Of a DNA stretch of 64,000 nt, positions 11,760-22,752 are shown one piece after another. The stretch is from Naegleria gruberi (lineage: Eukaryota). Numbering within the stretch: position 1 is the stretch's first letter; each line of letters starts with the position of its first letter. Under the pieces are notes generated by a model, which saw nothing but the letters and a program-made list of their open reading frames with translations, searched no databases and was not told where the DNA came from. The position numbers and the translations under genes are program-made. The stretch is from NCBI GenBank assembly GCA_000004985.1, contig GG738888.1. The stretch is one strand, 5' to 3'.

Positions 11760-11993
11760 ACAATTAGTTAAATCTACAATAATTGGAGGATTTGAGGAGG
11801 ATTCCCTGCCCGTTGATGGTGATTCAGAACGTGTGTCGGTCGGAGAGGCAGGTGATGATGGTGTTGATGCATTTTGCACATCTTCCTCTTCTTCCTTCTC
11901 TATTCTAGGAGTATCCTCCATCTCTGATGAAGCCGATAGTGAATTGGTATCAATATCATTTGTGTTGTATTCCATTGTATCAATGTTTTCCAT
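11760..11993 (-). CDS. TTLL protein, putative exon 1 (46-bp intron 11714..11759)
   Basis: The ORF from Met 11993 is acidic and S/P-rich and ends ...IIVDLTNC|GTATGTATTTT. Both junctions are phase 0. An alternative is that translation starts inside exon 2. Confidence 0.35.
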
Positions 11994-12408
11994 CCTGTAA
12001 ATATTTTGAAGATAAAATGTCGATTCGGATTGGTTTCGATATTATTAAAGAGTTGAGTCCTGTTGTTCTATTTCCTACAATATAAAACCATCTAGGCAAA
12101 AGTGCAGTTATCTGTTTGGTTGTTTTTTTCGTTTTGAAATATTGTATGGTGAATGGCGCCAATTCCAACTTACCGCCAAAATTCAAAAAAAATGTAACTG
12201 AAAAAATAGCGGATCCTAAAAAGGGTGTCTTTTGTGTCTTCTCAAGAAACTGTGATTCTCTACATTGTAGAGATTTGAACTTAATTGTTCTTCAATCTCT
12301 CTAAGGACGTAGGAACCGACAAAGTGATAATAATGCAAGAGTAAAACTCAAAATAGTTTGTTCAAGTAAAAAGGCTAAAAATTAGCGCAATCATCACCAG
12401 CTAAAAAA

Positions 12409-13656
12409 ATGGCAGAAAGAAACTCTTGTCCTTATCTTAAAGCTCTTTCGAAGGCTTCAAGCCTTCAAGAAGGAGAGAAATGTATTCATTGTAATAGTAC
12501 TGGTTGCATCAGTGATTGTAATAGTAATAGTGCTCAGAGGATGTTGGGTAAATTGGATCAAAAAGAGACAATGGAAATATTAGACAATGTTATAATACAT
12601 TTCGGAAAGAATAGTAGAGTAGTAACATCTTCATCATCGTCATCATTACTTTCGAATCAAGTGGACGGAAAGGATAATTGTAATTGTTTTTCTTCGTGGT
12701 TCAAGAATAATAACAAGACCTTTTTGTGGGATTCTGATTTGAAAAAGGCATTTGTAGCCGATTCAAATGTACCTTTTCAAACAGCACCAAGCACAAGTTG
12801 TAAAATTGATACCTCCTCGAGTTTGTTTAATTCTTTCAAGGAATTTGTAAGCAATTCTGGGAGCTCTCCTCAAACCAAGCAGCTGGGATCTGACAACAGT
12901 GAAAGAAGAGGCGATAAGGAATTGCTACTCAATCATCATTCGAAAATCATTGAGGATTTGAAAAGCTGTTGGAAAAGGAGGCATCAAATAAGGCCATTCC
13001 CAGATAACATCTCATGGTTGCTGGCACTTCTCCGAGAGTGGAAGATTCCATTTAAAAATCTATTTGAAAATCAGGAGATTGAATGTAGTAAGGAAGAAGC
13101 TAATCCCAAGATTTTCATTGGGTTCAAGAGGCATGACGTTAGAGCATACTTTAGAAATTGTATAATGACAGCTCTTCATGCAATTACTCAATTCAAATTA
13201 CCATCAGTTACTTGCATTTTAGGAGATGAGCACCATGTGTACATATTCAAAATTGATTACAAGAGGAGTTTGAAGAAGACTATCCTTTCCATTTTCAAGT
13301 ATGCAATGTACAACCATTGGAATCATCAATGCTCCCTCTATCTCCATTTGTACAAGTTGTTTGATAGTTATCTGCCCACGGAGTGTTCTGTTTCTGCATT
13401 TGATGTAAAATCAGAGGAGGAAAATGAATCCCTCAATGTTACATCTACCAGTAACAACAGTGGAGATCAGGAGTCTTTATCAGACAAGCAATTACCAACA
13501 GTGAATTCATCCCTAGTTGAGGATTCATCAACAACAGCACTCGATAGTATCTCATCACAACATGAAATATCCTCCCCAAAAATCCAAGCAATCAAACAAC
13601 GAACTGAAGAAATACTGAGAACCATCTCTTCTCAACATCGTTCCCAAAGTCGTTAA
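12409..13656 (+). CDS. Hypothetical protein (Cys-rich N-terminus, Ser-rich)
   Basis: 415-aa ORF starting at an ATG. No motif recognised. Confidence 0.4.
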   Translation: MAERNSCPYLKALSKASSLQEGEKCIHCNSTGCISDCNSNSAQRMLGKLDQKETMEILDNVIIHFGKNSRVVTSSSSSSLLSNQVDGKDNCNCFSSWFKNNNKTFLWDSDLKKAFVADSNVPFQTAPSTSCKIDTSSSLFNSFKEFVSNSGSSPQTKQLGSDNSERRGDKELLLNHHSKIIEDLKSCWKRRHQIRPFPDNISWLLALLREWKIPFKNLFENQEIECSKEEANPKIFIGFKRHDVRAYFRNCIMTALHAITQFKLPSVTCILGDEHHVYIFKIDYKRSLKKTILSIFKYAMYNHWNHQCSLYLHLYKLFDSYLPTECSVSAFDVKSEEENESLNVTSTSNNSGDQESLSDKQLPTVNSSLVEDSSTTALDSISSQHEISSPKIQAIKQRTEEILRTISSQHRSQSR

Positions 13657-14496
13657 CTTTGCAATCAAACAGTTCAACAGTTTCTCTTTTCATTAATAAA
13701 TTGAATTGAACAATATTACTTGTTACTCCATCATTGTACTAACATTTTGAGAATCCTTATAATCTTCAATAATAAACCATTCAAAATAGCCAAATCTCAC
13801 TTACCTGAACATTAGCTTACAACAACCATGAAACTATTCAATTCTGACTTCCAGGGGAGAACAATGTTGATGTCCGCGTGTGATTGAAAAAATAAATAAA
13901 TAAAATTATGGTTCAAAAAACAACCAAAAGCCAGCCAATTTTTTAAAAATATTCCTTCAGTCTATTTTCGCAGTAAAACAAGGTCATTGGGTACTTTAGC
14001 AATTTTTTCAATACTTGTTATGTTTCAATTAACAAAATCATCTATTATGATACATTACATTAACTCAGATCTAATTATGTGTTTTTGTTTTGATTGGATA
14101 TATATCACAGTAGTATAAAAGAGTGGAATATCAGTATCAGGTTTTAGAGAAGAATTTTGACTTAATGTTACAATAACAACATTCAACACGTTCTTTGTTA
14201 TCAAATATATCACTTGAGAAAATAAAAATTTATAGATATGGCCATAGACATTATAGGATTGAAATATAAAAAGATCTACGATTGATAATGGATGCATAAC
14301 AAGCTATAAGGTGTGGTTCCAATTATATATACTAGTTGTCAATACAACAAAAAACAATTTTTACAATTTTAAAAATTTTTAACTTTTTTGTTAACTTTTA
14401 GATTACTCTTTCGTCATCTTTAAACAAAATCAATATGGTAATAAACCATTTGATGTTTCTTCAGTGGTTACTATATCATCTAAATGTTCTATTCAA

Positions 14497-14910
14497 GAAA
14501 GATGGATCTGTGAAACACTTGTGCTGCATCTTGTTTTGTTGCAGGGAGTATGTGCAAATTTTATCGCAACATAATTTGAGCGGAAAATTATGTCTATGAA
14601 GTCTTCATCTTTATTCATGTTGAAAATAATGTTAAACCTCCTAATATTTTTACAGATGCTAGTAAAGTATTCAGATATTGTAACTTGAAAAGATGAAGTT
14701 CTGAAACATTTGTGCTGCCTGTTAATTTGTTGTATGAAATAGTATCAAATTTTTATCATCACAAAATTTGATGAAAAATCTTGTCAACAATTTCTGCGTT
14801 CTAATTCTCGAAACCTGTATTCACAACCCACACGATATTTTCACAGTTAGTAGTATGTCATACAAATGCCAGATTATGAAAAGATGAGGTTTTGTCTCGG
14901 GCGTGCTAAG
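14497..14910. repeat. Degenerate tandem repeat, about 190-bp period, three copies, each beginning AAAAGATGRRNTYTG...TTGTGCTGC
   Basis: Copies start near 14497, 14688 and 14879. The conserved heads are aagatggatctgtgaaacacttgtgctgc, aagatgaagttctgaaacatttgtgctgc and aagatgaggttttgtctcgggcgtgctaag. The tails tacagatgctagtaaagtattcagatattgtaacttg and cacagttagtagtatgtcatacaaatgccagattatg are also related. Confidence 0.5.
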
Positions 14911-15210
14911 TATGAATTTATTGTTGGAAAGTTTGATACTATTTTTCTTAATAGTAACAGAACCCTACACCGATAAATTTCATCAGTTAGTTGCTCGGGT
15001 CGTAATTGATAACATCTCCACTGATGATGATCTAAAACCATATATTCATTGTTTCCGAGTGTTGAGTTGTGGAATTTTGGTCAGTAACACGATTTTCAGG
15101 CCATTTTTGATCACTATGTTCCCCCCTGCTGACTTCTCTTCTTTCTTGTTGAAAAATAGAAACATTGTCTTTTTCGCTGATTTAAGGGCTTTTTTTCAAA
15201 GGAGAAAAAA

Positions 15211-16920
15211 ATGACGTTCCACAAACTTCTCTCATCGCATCTTTACTCAGTGCTGAGGAATTGTCAAAGTCTGCTTTTAAGACCATTCGATGGTTCATTG
15301 TCAACAACAACAGCAACAACTTCTACTCTTGATACTGCTGCCTCTACTATTTTAAATAATGGTAATAGTAATTATAATAATAATAATGGATCACCGTCTT
15401 CGTCGTTGAGTAGATTTTTATTAGGTTTAATAATAGGAGGAAAAGAGCAACAACAACAATATTTGCCATCACCAGCATCATCATTTAATTATCACTCGGA
15501 GATGGTCTATGGGCAATCGTTATGGAATTCAACAGATCACTACTCTTTGCATCAGGAACCACCAGCATCACTGCCAAGTTTAATACTTGCTGAACAAATT
15601 GCCAACATTCTCAGTATTTGTGTTATTGTCTTTAGTTTTTTATGTAGTCTTTTCGTTTTGATTAATTTATGCAAGAAGAATATGAAAGCAGAGAGGGAAG
15701 AAAAAAGTCTTATTGACAGATATGAATATACAAATCCATCATTGGTTGAACCATTAACAACCAAGAAACATTTATATACCAAGTTGATTTCATTTTGCAT
15801 CTTGTGTATGATCATTTCAGATTTATTATTTACAACATTCTATTTTCCAACTAATACTCTTAGATTAATAAGAGGTTTCTTATTTGAGGATCTTCCTAAA
15901 TCAGAAGCTAGCAAAATAGATCCATACTTTACCATTCCAATTTATATAACAGCTGAAATTACTGAAATGTTTGTGATTAGTAGTGGTTTCTTTTCAATGC
16001 TCTTGACTCTTTGCATTTACAAGACAATCAAGAGTATTAAACCAAGTGTAGGAAATGATAATGATTCCAATTATTCACAATCAACAAGATCACCAATAGC
16101 ATCTTACAATAATAATCAAAACAATTCTTATGGAACTTCGGATAATTACTATGCCAATAATAATAATCAGGATCAAGACGATTATTATGCAAACAGTGGA
16201 AATGACAGATTAATAACTGCCTCTCCTCAATCTGAAACCTCTGTAAATACTCCTCCACACGATGATTATGACATGCAAAATAATGAAAACATTCAACAAA
16301 CATCTCTGAAAGGAAGATATGAAAAGTTGCAAAAGAAAAAGGGGTGGTATCAATTGGGTTTTTGTTTGATTTCTTGGGGATTACCAGGAGTTTTAGCCAT
16401 TGTTTGGATTGTTGTTGAAGAATTATATTTGGGAGGACAGAGTGCACCAAGAGATGTCTTTTTTGCAAATATCATTCCTGATGTTGTAAAGAATATGATC
16501 TATATTGCAATTGAGGTTGCCTCACTAGCATTGAGAATAATGATCTACTGGGTAACAAAGAAGCTCTTCCGTGACACAACCATTGTTCATAATACACCAA
16601 GTGCCAAGAAGAAGAGAGAGAAGGAACGTAATCTTTTCAAGCAATTGCTCTTCTATGCCTTACCATTCTTCTTGTTTGGTGTTTGGGTTATTGTGTACAG
16701 ATTGGCCACTGATATCATTTACGTAGTTCGTGTCGCAGAGCATGGATTGGATTCCTTCTCTGATGATTTGGATTTGCCTGGATTAATTGTTTTGAGTATT
16801 CACCACATTTTGAGCCCTCTGAGAGCTTTTGCCAATAGTGTTGTCTATTGCTTGTTATCAAAGTGGTTCAGTGATAGAGTGAAAGGATCTTTCCGTAGGT
16901 GTTGTGGTCAAAGAAATTAA
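15211..16920 (+). CDS. Multi-pass (7TM-like) membrane protein with S/T/N-rich N-terminus and N/Q-rich loop
   Basis: Seven hydrophobic helices, for example ILSICVIVFSFLCSLFVLINL, LISFCILCMIISDLLFTTFYF, LGFCLISWGLPGVLAIVWIVV, LLFYALPFFLFGVWVIVYRL and LIVLSIHHILSPLRAFANSVVYCLL. A low-complexity insert lies between the helices. Confidence 0.5.
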   Translation: MTFHKLLSSHLYSVLRNCQSLLLRPFDGSLSTTTATTSTLDTAASTILNNGNSNYNNNNGSPSSSLSRFLLGLIIGGKEQQQQYLPSPASSFNYHSEMVYGQSLWNSTDHYSLHQEPPASLPSLILAEQIANILSICVIVFSFLCSLFVLINLCKKNMKAEREEKSLIDRYEYTNPSLVEPLTTKKHLYTKLISFCILCMIISDLLFTTFYFPTNTLRLIRGFLFEDLPKSEASKIDPYFTIPIYITAEITEMFVISSGFFSMLLTLCIYKTIKSIKPSVGNDNDSNYSQSTRSPIASYNNNQNNSYGTSDNYYANNNNQDQDDYYANSGNDRLITASPQSETSVNTPPHDDYDMQNNENIQQTSLKGRYEKLQKKKGWYQLGFCLISWGLPGVLAIVWIVVEELYLGGQSAPRDVFFANIIPDVVKNMIYIAIEVASLALRIMIYWVTKKLFRDTTIVHNTPSAKKKREKERNLFKQLLFYALPFFLFGVWVIVYRLATDIIYVVRVAEHGLDSFSDDLDLPGLIVLSIHHILSPLRAFANSVVYCLLSKWFSDRVKGSFRRCCGQRN

Positions 16921-17124
16921 AACTATTTATTATTTAAATAACAATTCAATTTGTTTTTACTAGCTATTATTGGGAAGAAGAATATGAGGTGGAATATCAA
17001 CAAGTGGAAGAAGCAAGTTGCTAATCATCAACTGTTGTTGTGTGAAAAAGAAAAGGGTGTGGAATATATCATCGGAATCAATGAAAACTCTGATCATCAA
17101 TATAATTGAAACTAGCTACAAAAT

Positions 17125-17664
17125 TTAGAACATGGAAGAGCTATCTTCATCTCTCAAATATTGACCAACATCAGCTTGGTGGAAACATACGATATCTGTT
17201 GGTTTAACATATCTACATTCATCCGTCGACTTTGCAGCTACACCAAAACCTAATGGAACATCATTCATATTCATAACAACAACACCTTGATATTGTGGAC
17301 AATCTTCAGTCATTCTACCCAAACCAGTCTTCAAAATGTGATTACCATAGAGGAATGAAAGTTCTGCTTGAGGTTTAACCCAAACTTTATACTCGGCATA
17401 TTGAGCAATATAATCCAAACAAGTTACTTCAAGTTTAAACTTTTTAGATTTGGAAAATCTACCAAAGCAAACTCCCACAGTTTTCAGCCTTTCAAATGTA
17501 ATGTTTTCAGCAAATTGTAATACTTGATTACTCATGTAGAAAACCTTATCTTTATGAAATCGGAAAGAGTATTTATCGTTAATTAATTGCTTGACATTCT
17601 TGCCAATATACTTGGTAAGTTTATCAAAGAAAGTTTCCATCTCCTCATCAGTTAGTGGACGCAT
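17125..17664 (-). CDS. NIP7: 60S ribosome subunit biogenesis protein NIP7 (PUA domain)
   Basis: From the internal Met: MRPLTDEEMETFFDKLTKYIGKNVKQL...GVCFGRFSKSKKFKLEVTCLDYIAQYAEYKVWVKPQAELSFLYGNHILKTGLGRMTEDCPQYQGVVVMNMNDVPLGFGVAAKST. It is collinear with NIP7 at about 180 aa. The ORF-track start at 17712 is 16 codons further upstream and is probably not used. Confidence 0.8.
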   Translation of the reverse strand: MRPLTDEEMETFFDKLTKYIGKNVKQLINDKYSFRFHKDKVFYMSNQVLQFAENITFERLKTVGVCFGRFSKSKKFKLEVTCLDYIAQYAEYKVWVKPQAELSFLYGNHILKTGLGRMTEDCPQYQGVVVMNMNDVPLGFGVAAKSTDECRYVKPTDIVCFHQADVGQYLRDEDSSSMF

Positions 17665-18063
17665 TTTTTTTATGAGTGTTGTTGGTGAGAGTTTCAACTT
17701 TTTGGTGAACAAAAATAATTTTCATCAGCAAATTGTATTTATTGATGAAGATGAGAGAATTTATTGAATAGAAATTTGAAGGAGTGAGAGAAAAAATTGA
17801 ACGGCAATGATTTGGAGAGAGGATGGTGGTGGGAGTGAGATGGACTCTTTTCCGATTTGAGGGAAGAATTGGGAAGATGATTTTATTCAATTTTTCTTGA
17901 ATTATTTCATCATTGAAAATAACTTGAAAATATGAGGGCAACTGGTTTCTGTCAAGATAAAGATCAGAATATTAGTGAAATACCAAACATATCAAAGCAT
18001 TATTGGTTCTGTTTGTTTCAAATCTCTTTATAATTTTATTTTAATTTTCAAAATTAAAAAAAA

Positions 18064-19506
18064 ATGCAAAACAACAAGAGGAATATTGTTATTGCAGTCA
18101 TCATGATGATGATGTTTGCAACAACATTTATTTGCGGATCATCAGAAACTGCCTCTAAAATTAAGGAATATTTAAATCAACACAAATCAGATGTTAAAAA
18201 CTTGGAAACATTCCAAAGATGGGTCAGATATCCATCACTTCCTGAACAAGAACATGATGTTCAAATTGATATTGCTAAATACTTGAAGGAAGAATTAAAG
18301 TTTAACAAGGTTGATATTTGGACTATGGATGAACAAACAGCTGAATTGGAAAATAACAAATTCTTTAATACTCCACGTAGTTTTGATTCCTTGGCTAAAT
18401 CACCAATTGTTGTTGGTGTTTTGGATGGAAGTGCTCCAGAAGAAGTTGAAACATCAACTGAAGGACAAGTTACTGCATTCAAGAAGCATAAATCCCTGAT
18501 TATCAATGGACATATTGATGTCGTTCCTGTCGGTAATCCAAAGGCTTGGTATTTGGAAAACCCTTTCAGTGGTCACATTAACAATTCCAATATTTATGGT
18601 AGAGGTACTACTGATATGAAGGGTGGTTTGTATGCTGGTTTGTTGGCTATTGAAGCTGTTCAAAGAGCTCTCAATGTCACTAACATGAAGGGTAAGATTA
18701 TTGTTCACAGTGTTGTTGAAGAAGAAAGTGGTGGTGCTGGTACTGTCAGTGCTGTTTTGAGAGGATATGGTCATGCTGATGCTGGTATTTTCCCAGAACC
18801 TTCTAATTTCTTAATTTTCCCACAACAACAAGGTTCTTTGTGGTTCAGAATTACTGTCCATGGTAAGAGTGCTCATGGTGGTACTAGATATGACGGTATT
18901 AGTGCTATTGAAAAGTCTCAAATTGTCTTGAATGCTATCAAGAAATTGGAATTTGAAAGAACTCATCTCATTAGAAATGTTCTCAAGCAAAAACTCTTTG
19001 AAAATATTACCATTCCAGTTCCAATCAATGTTGGTGTTATTAAGGGTGGTGAATGGCCAAGTAGTGTTCCAGATTTTACTGTCATTGAAGGTCGTTTTGG
19101 TATTATTCCAAATTATGAAACTGTTGAAGATGCCAAGAAGGTTTTGAATGATTTGGTTTTCAAGATTATTGTAGAAGAAGATCCAGAACATTTCAATGCT
19201 TACCCATCTAAATTGGAATTTATTGGTGCCAGTTGGGTTCCAGGTTATGTCCCATTAGAACATGAATTTGTTAGTCAGCTTACTAAATCCTTCAGTCAAG
19301 TCACTGGACAAGATCCAATTATTGCCTCAAGTCCTTGGGCTACTGATGCTGGTTACGTTAATGCTTTGGGTAATACACCTAGTGTTGTGTTTGGACCTGG
19401 TGTCACTCATATGGCTCACCAAACTAATGAATATATTCCAATTGAAAATATTTACAAGGCTGCTGAAGTTATTGCTAATACCATTGTTGATTGGTGTGGT
19501 GTTTAA
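18064..19506 (+). CDS. Secreted peptidase M20 family (ArgE/DapE/ acetylornithine deacetylase-like)
   Basis: A hydrophobic signal peptide, IVIAVIMMMMFATTFICGSS. M20 motifs HIDVVPVG, GRGTTDMKGG, EEESGG and a C-terminal MAHQTNEYI. Confidence 0.8.
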   Translation: MQNNKRNIVIAVIMMMMFATTFICGSSETASKIKEYLNQHKSDVKNLETFQRWVRYPSLPEQEHDVQIDIAKYLKEELKFNKVDIWTMDEQTAELENNKFFNTPRSFDSLAKSPIVVGVLDGSAPEEVETSTEGQVTAFKKHKSLIINGHIDVVPVGNPKAWYLENPFSGHINNSNIYGRGTTDMKGGLYAGLLAIEAVQRALNVTNMKGKIIVHSVVEEESGGAGTVSAVLRGYGHADAGIFPEPSNFLIFPQQQGSLWFRITVHGKSAHGGTRYDGISAIEKSQIVLNAIKKLEFERTHLIRNVLKQKLFENITIPVPINVGVIKGGEWPSSVPDFTVIEGRFGIIPNYETVEDAKKVLNDLVFKIIVEEDPEHFNAYPSKLEFIGASWVPGYVPLEHEFVSQLTKSFSQVTGQDPIIASSPWATDAGYVNALGNTPSVVFGPGVTHMAHQTNEYIPIENIYKAAEVIANTIVDWCGV

Positions 19507-19646
19507 TTTATTTAAATTTTTATTAAATTATTATTTATTAATACATATTAATTGATTTTCTTATTTATTTAAAAATTGGAAAATACTCTAAAAATAAATT
19601 CCAAATAAAAAATATTTAAATTTCCATCTTCCTTTGGAACCAACAA

Positions 19647-20423
19647 ATGACTGATCATATCAAAGTTAGAACAGTTTTGGATGGTATTGTCAAGGTACCA
19701 AAATCCACTACTCTACAAACCATCACCGATCTCAAGAAGGGAATTTACAATTTACGAGGATGGGAAGCATCCACACAACATTTGTATCAGAATGGTACTG
19801 AGTTGAAGGATGATCAAACTCTTTCCGATTCACTTCTTTCCAAAGGCTTTGTATTATTAATTCCAATTAATCATCAACAGAGAAGATATAAGAGTAAGAT
19901 AGAGATTGAATCGGAGGCTCAACAATCAACAGCTAGTAGTGGTTCTAATTTATTGCCAACAACTCCAACATCATCAGGATCAACCGGATCAGTCTCTGAT
20001 CAATTGGCACAAATTATGCATGAATTTACATCAACTCATCCTTCAGGAAATACCACTACAACCACCACTGCAACAAGACCTCCAACACAACCTGTACAAA
20101 ATACTACACAACCAAGAACAACTGCACCACCAACGACAACTCAACCACCAAGACCAACCCAACCAAGTATTAGTGATATTCAAAGACAATTATTAATTGA
20201 TAATTTCCCTGTAGATGATGGTTTGGTAGGCATGGTTATGGAGTTGGGTTTTTCAAAGAGAATTGCAAAGAAGGCTCTCATTCTTCATAATCTCGACCCA
20301 GAAGCTGCAGTGGAATGGATATTTTCAAACGTTGATAATCCATACATATTGGAAAGTGAATTTAGTGTAGAAGAACTCATGCAATTAGCTCAAAAATACC
20401 AAAATGCAATGAGAGACGAATAG
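19647..20423 (+). CDS. Ubiquitin-like / UBA-domain protein with Thr/Pro-rich linker
   Basis: The N-terminal ~75 aa have a ubiquitin-like pattern. The C-terminus, VDDGLVGMVMELGFSKRIAKKALILHNLDPEAAVEWIFSN, is a classic UBA three-helix signature. Confidence 0.55.
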   Translation: MTDHIKVRTVLDGIVKVPKSTTLQTITDLKKGIYNLRGWEASTQHLYQNGTELKDDQTLSDSLLSKGFVLLIPINHQQRRYKSKIEIESEAQQSTASSGSNLLPTTPTSSGSTGSVSDQLAQIMHEFTSTHPSGNTTTTTTATRPPTQPVQNTTQPRTTAPPTTTQPPRPTQPSISDIQRQLLIDNFPVDDGLVGMVMELGFSKRIAKKALILHNLDPEAAVEWIFSNVDNPYILESEFSVEELMQLAQKYQNAMRDE

Positions 20424-20836
20424 AAGAGGAAACAATTACTGAGCAAATTATCTCTGTATTATTATCTCTTTTCAACAAAATGCAAAATGCATTACTGAAT
20501 ACAATTTTCTCCAATTAGGACTTGTTTTATTTCAATAACAATTATTTTAATGACGGAAAAGGAGGAACTGATGTACGAAACTGAACTCGCTTCTTAGCCA
20601 TTAATGAGTTTGGTTCATCTATAATAATCTGTGATTGCTCCATGATAATGCATGATCCTTACTTGATGGATTCTATTCTTCCATTAATGCCAACCACATT
20701 TTACAAAACAGGATCCTAAGAACCACAACTTATAAATGGTGATATCGGTATACAGAAATGTTATCAGCACAAGTCACCTTTCAATGTTTATCCTTACTCA
20801 ACAATGCGGATACAAGGCATTTGATTATATAATAGG

Positions 20837-22342
20837 ATGCAACCAACACACCACGACAATCCAAAACAACGACTGTCTTACAATTTAAAACGACATTATT
20901 GCCCCACAACTTCTAAAAAACAACACAACAATATGCAATCCAAATCCACATCCAAATTACCAACCACCAAGAGGTTATCTTTGCAAACAACCAATTCCAC
21001 ATCTCGCCTCAACAATGAACATAATAGACGCTCTCTCAATTCATCCACGACTAATTGTGATACATGTTCCACTACATCTAGTAGCACATCCTCAACCAAT
21101 ACTGATTCATTCTACTCAACTACAGAAGCAAGTATGCTGAGTGTGAGTATGGAATTGTTGGACACAATGATTGTTTATCCAGGTGGTAAACACTCAGTGT
21201 TACAACTCAGTGAAAAGCATCGTATATTGTTAGTATTTATCAAATGGTTTGGTTGTCCAATTTGTCAGAATGTCATTGATGACTTACAGAGATATCTGTC
21301 AAGCTTTTTATTGTTAAATATTGTTCCAGTAGTTTGTCATCAAGAAGATATTTCCAAGTTTTCAGAATACCTTTCGAATACTCAATTATTGCATTGTAGG
21401 ATAACCAAGGAAATGAAGAAGGAATTCTCTGTCAAGAAAGCTTCCCTCCTAAAACATGCCAAAGTAATGCCAAGCATGATCAAGTTAATGGTACAGAAAA
21501 AGAAGAAATTCTTCTTGCCTTCAGCTCATGAAATCAAAGGTATGGACATGCTTTCATCATTTGGCATGTATATTGTACATAAGGGACAAGTAACAAGCAG
21601 CTATTCATCTGATATTTTGAATGCAAGACCAGATTATGGTGTTTTCTTGTTCCACTTGAAAGAAGATCATTTATATTCAGATAGTTCATCTCCAGAAGAC
21701 TTTCTTCCAAGACTTTTAAAGCTATTCCCAAACATGAAGATGGTATTTGAGGAATTGAGAGAGAAGAGAAAACAACAACCTGAATTATCATCCCTTCCAC
21801 TCACACCTAGAGGATCTAATTTCAGTACTAGTTTTAAAAACAATGAAGAGGATGAATTCTCATTGAAAAATGTCTTGGAAAATGCAACCATGAGAACATT
21901 CTTCAAGGCCTTCCTATCCAATCAATATTGTTTGGAGCCAGTTATCTTTTATGAGCAAGTTAAAATGTTCAGAATGTTGTGTCAGAGAAGATCACCTGCC
22001 AGCCCATCATTCGAATATCAAATGGAGAATATTCTTGCACACAATTCACCTAGCTCAGCATTGGATTTGAAAATTCAAGAATGCAAACAGAAGGCCGAAT
22101 ACATAATTGATAACTTTTTGAAAGATACCTCCATGTTTCAAATCAATACAAGTGGAAAGTTATTAAGGAAATTATTCTCAGCCATTGAAGAGAAATGCTC
22201 TGATGAAACACTTTTTGATGATATTTTACAAGATATCATATCTAGCATGTTAGTGTTTCGTTTCGAAAATTTTATAGATTCACCTTTTTTCCAAGACATG
22301 ATTCATAGAGTACAATCGAATAAAGTTGTGACATCAAATTGA
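20837..22342 (+). CDS. Thioredoxin-like (PRXL2/AhpC-TSA-like, FGCPIC) + RGS domain protein
   Basis: LLVFIKWFGCPICQNVIDDL resembles the PRXL2/FAM213 redox motif R.FGC..C. The C-terminal half has an RGS signature: FSLKNVLENATMRTFFKAFLSNQYCLEPVIFYEQVKMF ... IIDNFLKDTSMFQIN... Confidence 0.5.
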   Translation: MQPTHHDNPKQRLSYNLKRHYCPTTSKKQHNNMQSKSTSKLPTTKRLSLQTTNSTSRLNNEHNRRSLNSSTTNCDTCSTTSSSTSSTNTDSFYSTTEASMLSVSMELLDTMIVYPGGKHSVLQLSEKHRILLVFIKWFGCPICQNVIDDLQRYLSSFLLLNIVPVVCHQEDISKFSEYLSNTQLLHCRITKEMKKEFSVKKASLLKHAKVMPSMIKLMVQKKKKFFLPSAHEIKGMDMLSSFGMYIVHKGQVTSSYSSDILNARPDYGVFLFHLKEDHLYSDSSSPEDFLPRLLKLFPNMKMVFEELREKRKQQPELSSLPLTPRGSNFSTSFKNNEEDEFSLKNVLENATMRTFFKAFLSNQYCLEPVIFYEQVKMFRMLCQRRSPASPSFEYQMENILAHNSPSSALDLKIQECKQKAEYIIDNFLKDTSMFQINTSGKLLRKLFSAIEEKCSDETLFDDILQDIISSMLVFRFENFIDSPFFQDMIHRVQSNKVVTSN

Positions 22343-22450
22343 TCATCATTTGAACACCTTTCAAATCTTCTGTCATTTGGAACAATACCAATATAATGAA
22401 TAAAGGAACCACTTATTATTTAATAATTTTATTCTTAAACATGATATCAA

Positions 22451-22531
22451 GTTGAGGTGGCCGAGTGGTTAAGGCGCCAGCCTGCTAAGTTGGTGGAGAA
22501 ATCCGCGTGGGTTCGAATCCCATCCTCAACG
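22451..22531 (+). tRNA. tRNA-Ser(GCT): tRNA-Ser (anticodon GCT), type II with long variable arm
   Basis: The acceptor GTTGAGG pairs with CCTCAAC. D-arm GCC-GAGTGGTTAAG-GGC. Anticodon stem CCAGC/GTTGG with loop CTGCTAA. T-arm GTGGG-TTCGAAT-CCCAT. Discriminator G. A T6 run follows at 22532-22537. Confidence 0.9.
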
Positions 22532-22752
22532 TTTTTTCATGCTTGCATTTTTATCTCCAATCAACTTTCAAGTAGCTGCGGGTCAAGTCATCACTCTAAA
22601 TAATGGCACAATTTACAAAAAAACAAAAGAACTCACAACAACAGACCTTCCACCTCATCACTTCTTTAATCTTTTTCACATTAACTTCTCAACACATCAC
22701 AATTAAAATTTAATAATTAATTTATTCGAAACTATTCGTCATCAGCATAATT

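Noticed and set aside
14055-14297. ORF 14055..14297 minus in an AT-rich intergenic region
   Set aside because: No start context and no motifs. It lies in a low-complexity spacer and is likely spurious.
19906-20196. ORF 19906..20196 plus (Q/H-rich)
   Set aside because: It is an alternative frame of the Thr/Pro-rich linker inside the UBL-UBA gene, a low-complexity artefact.
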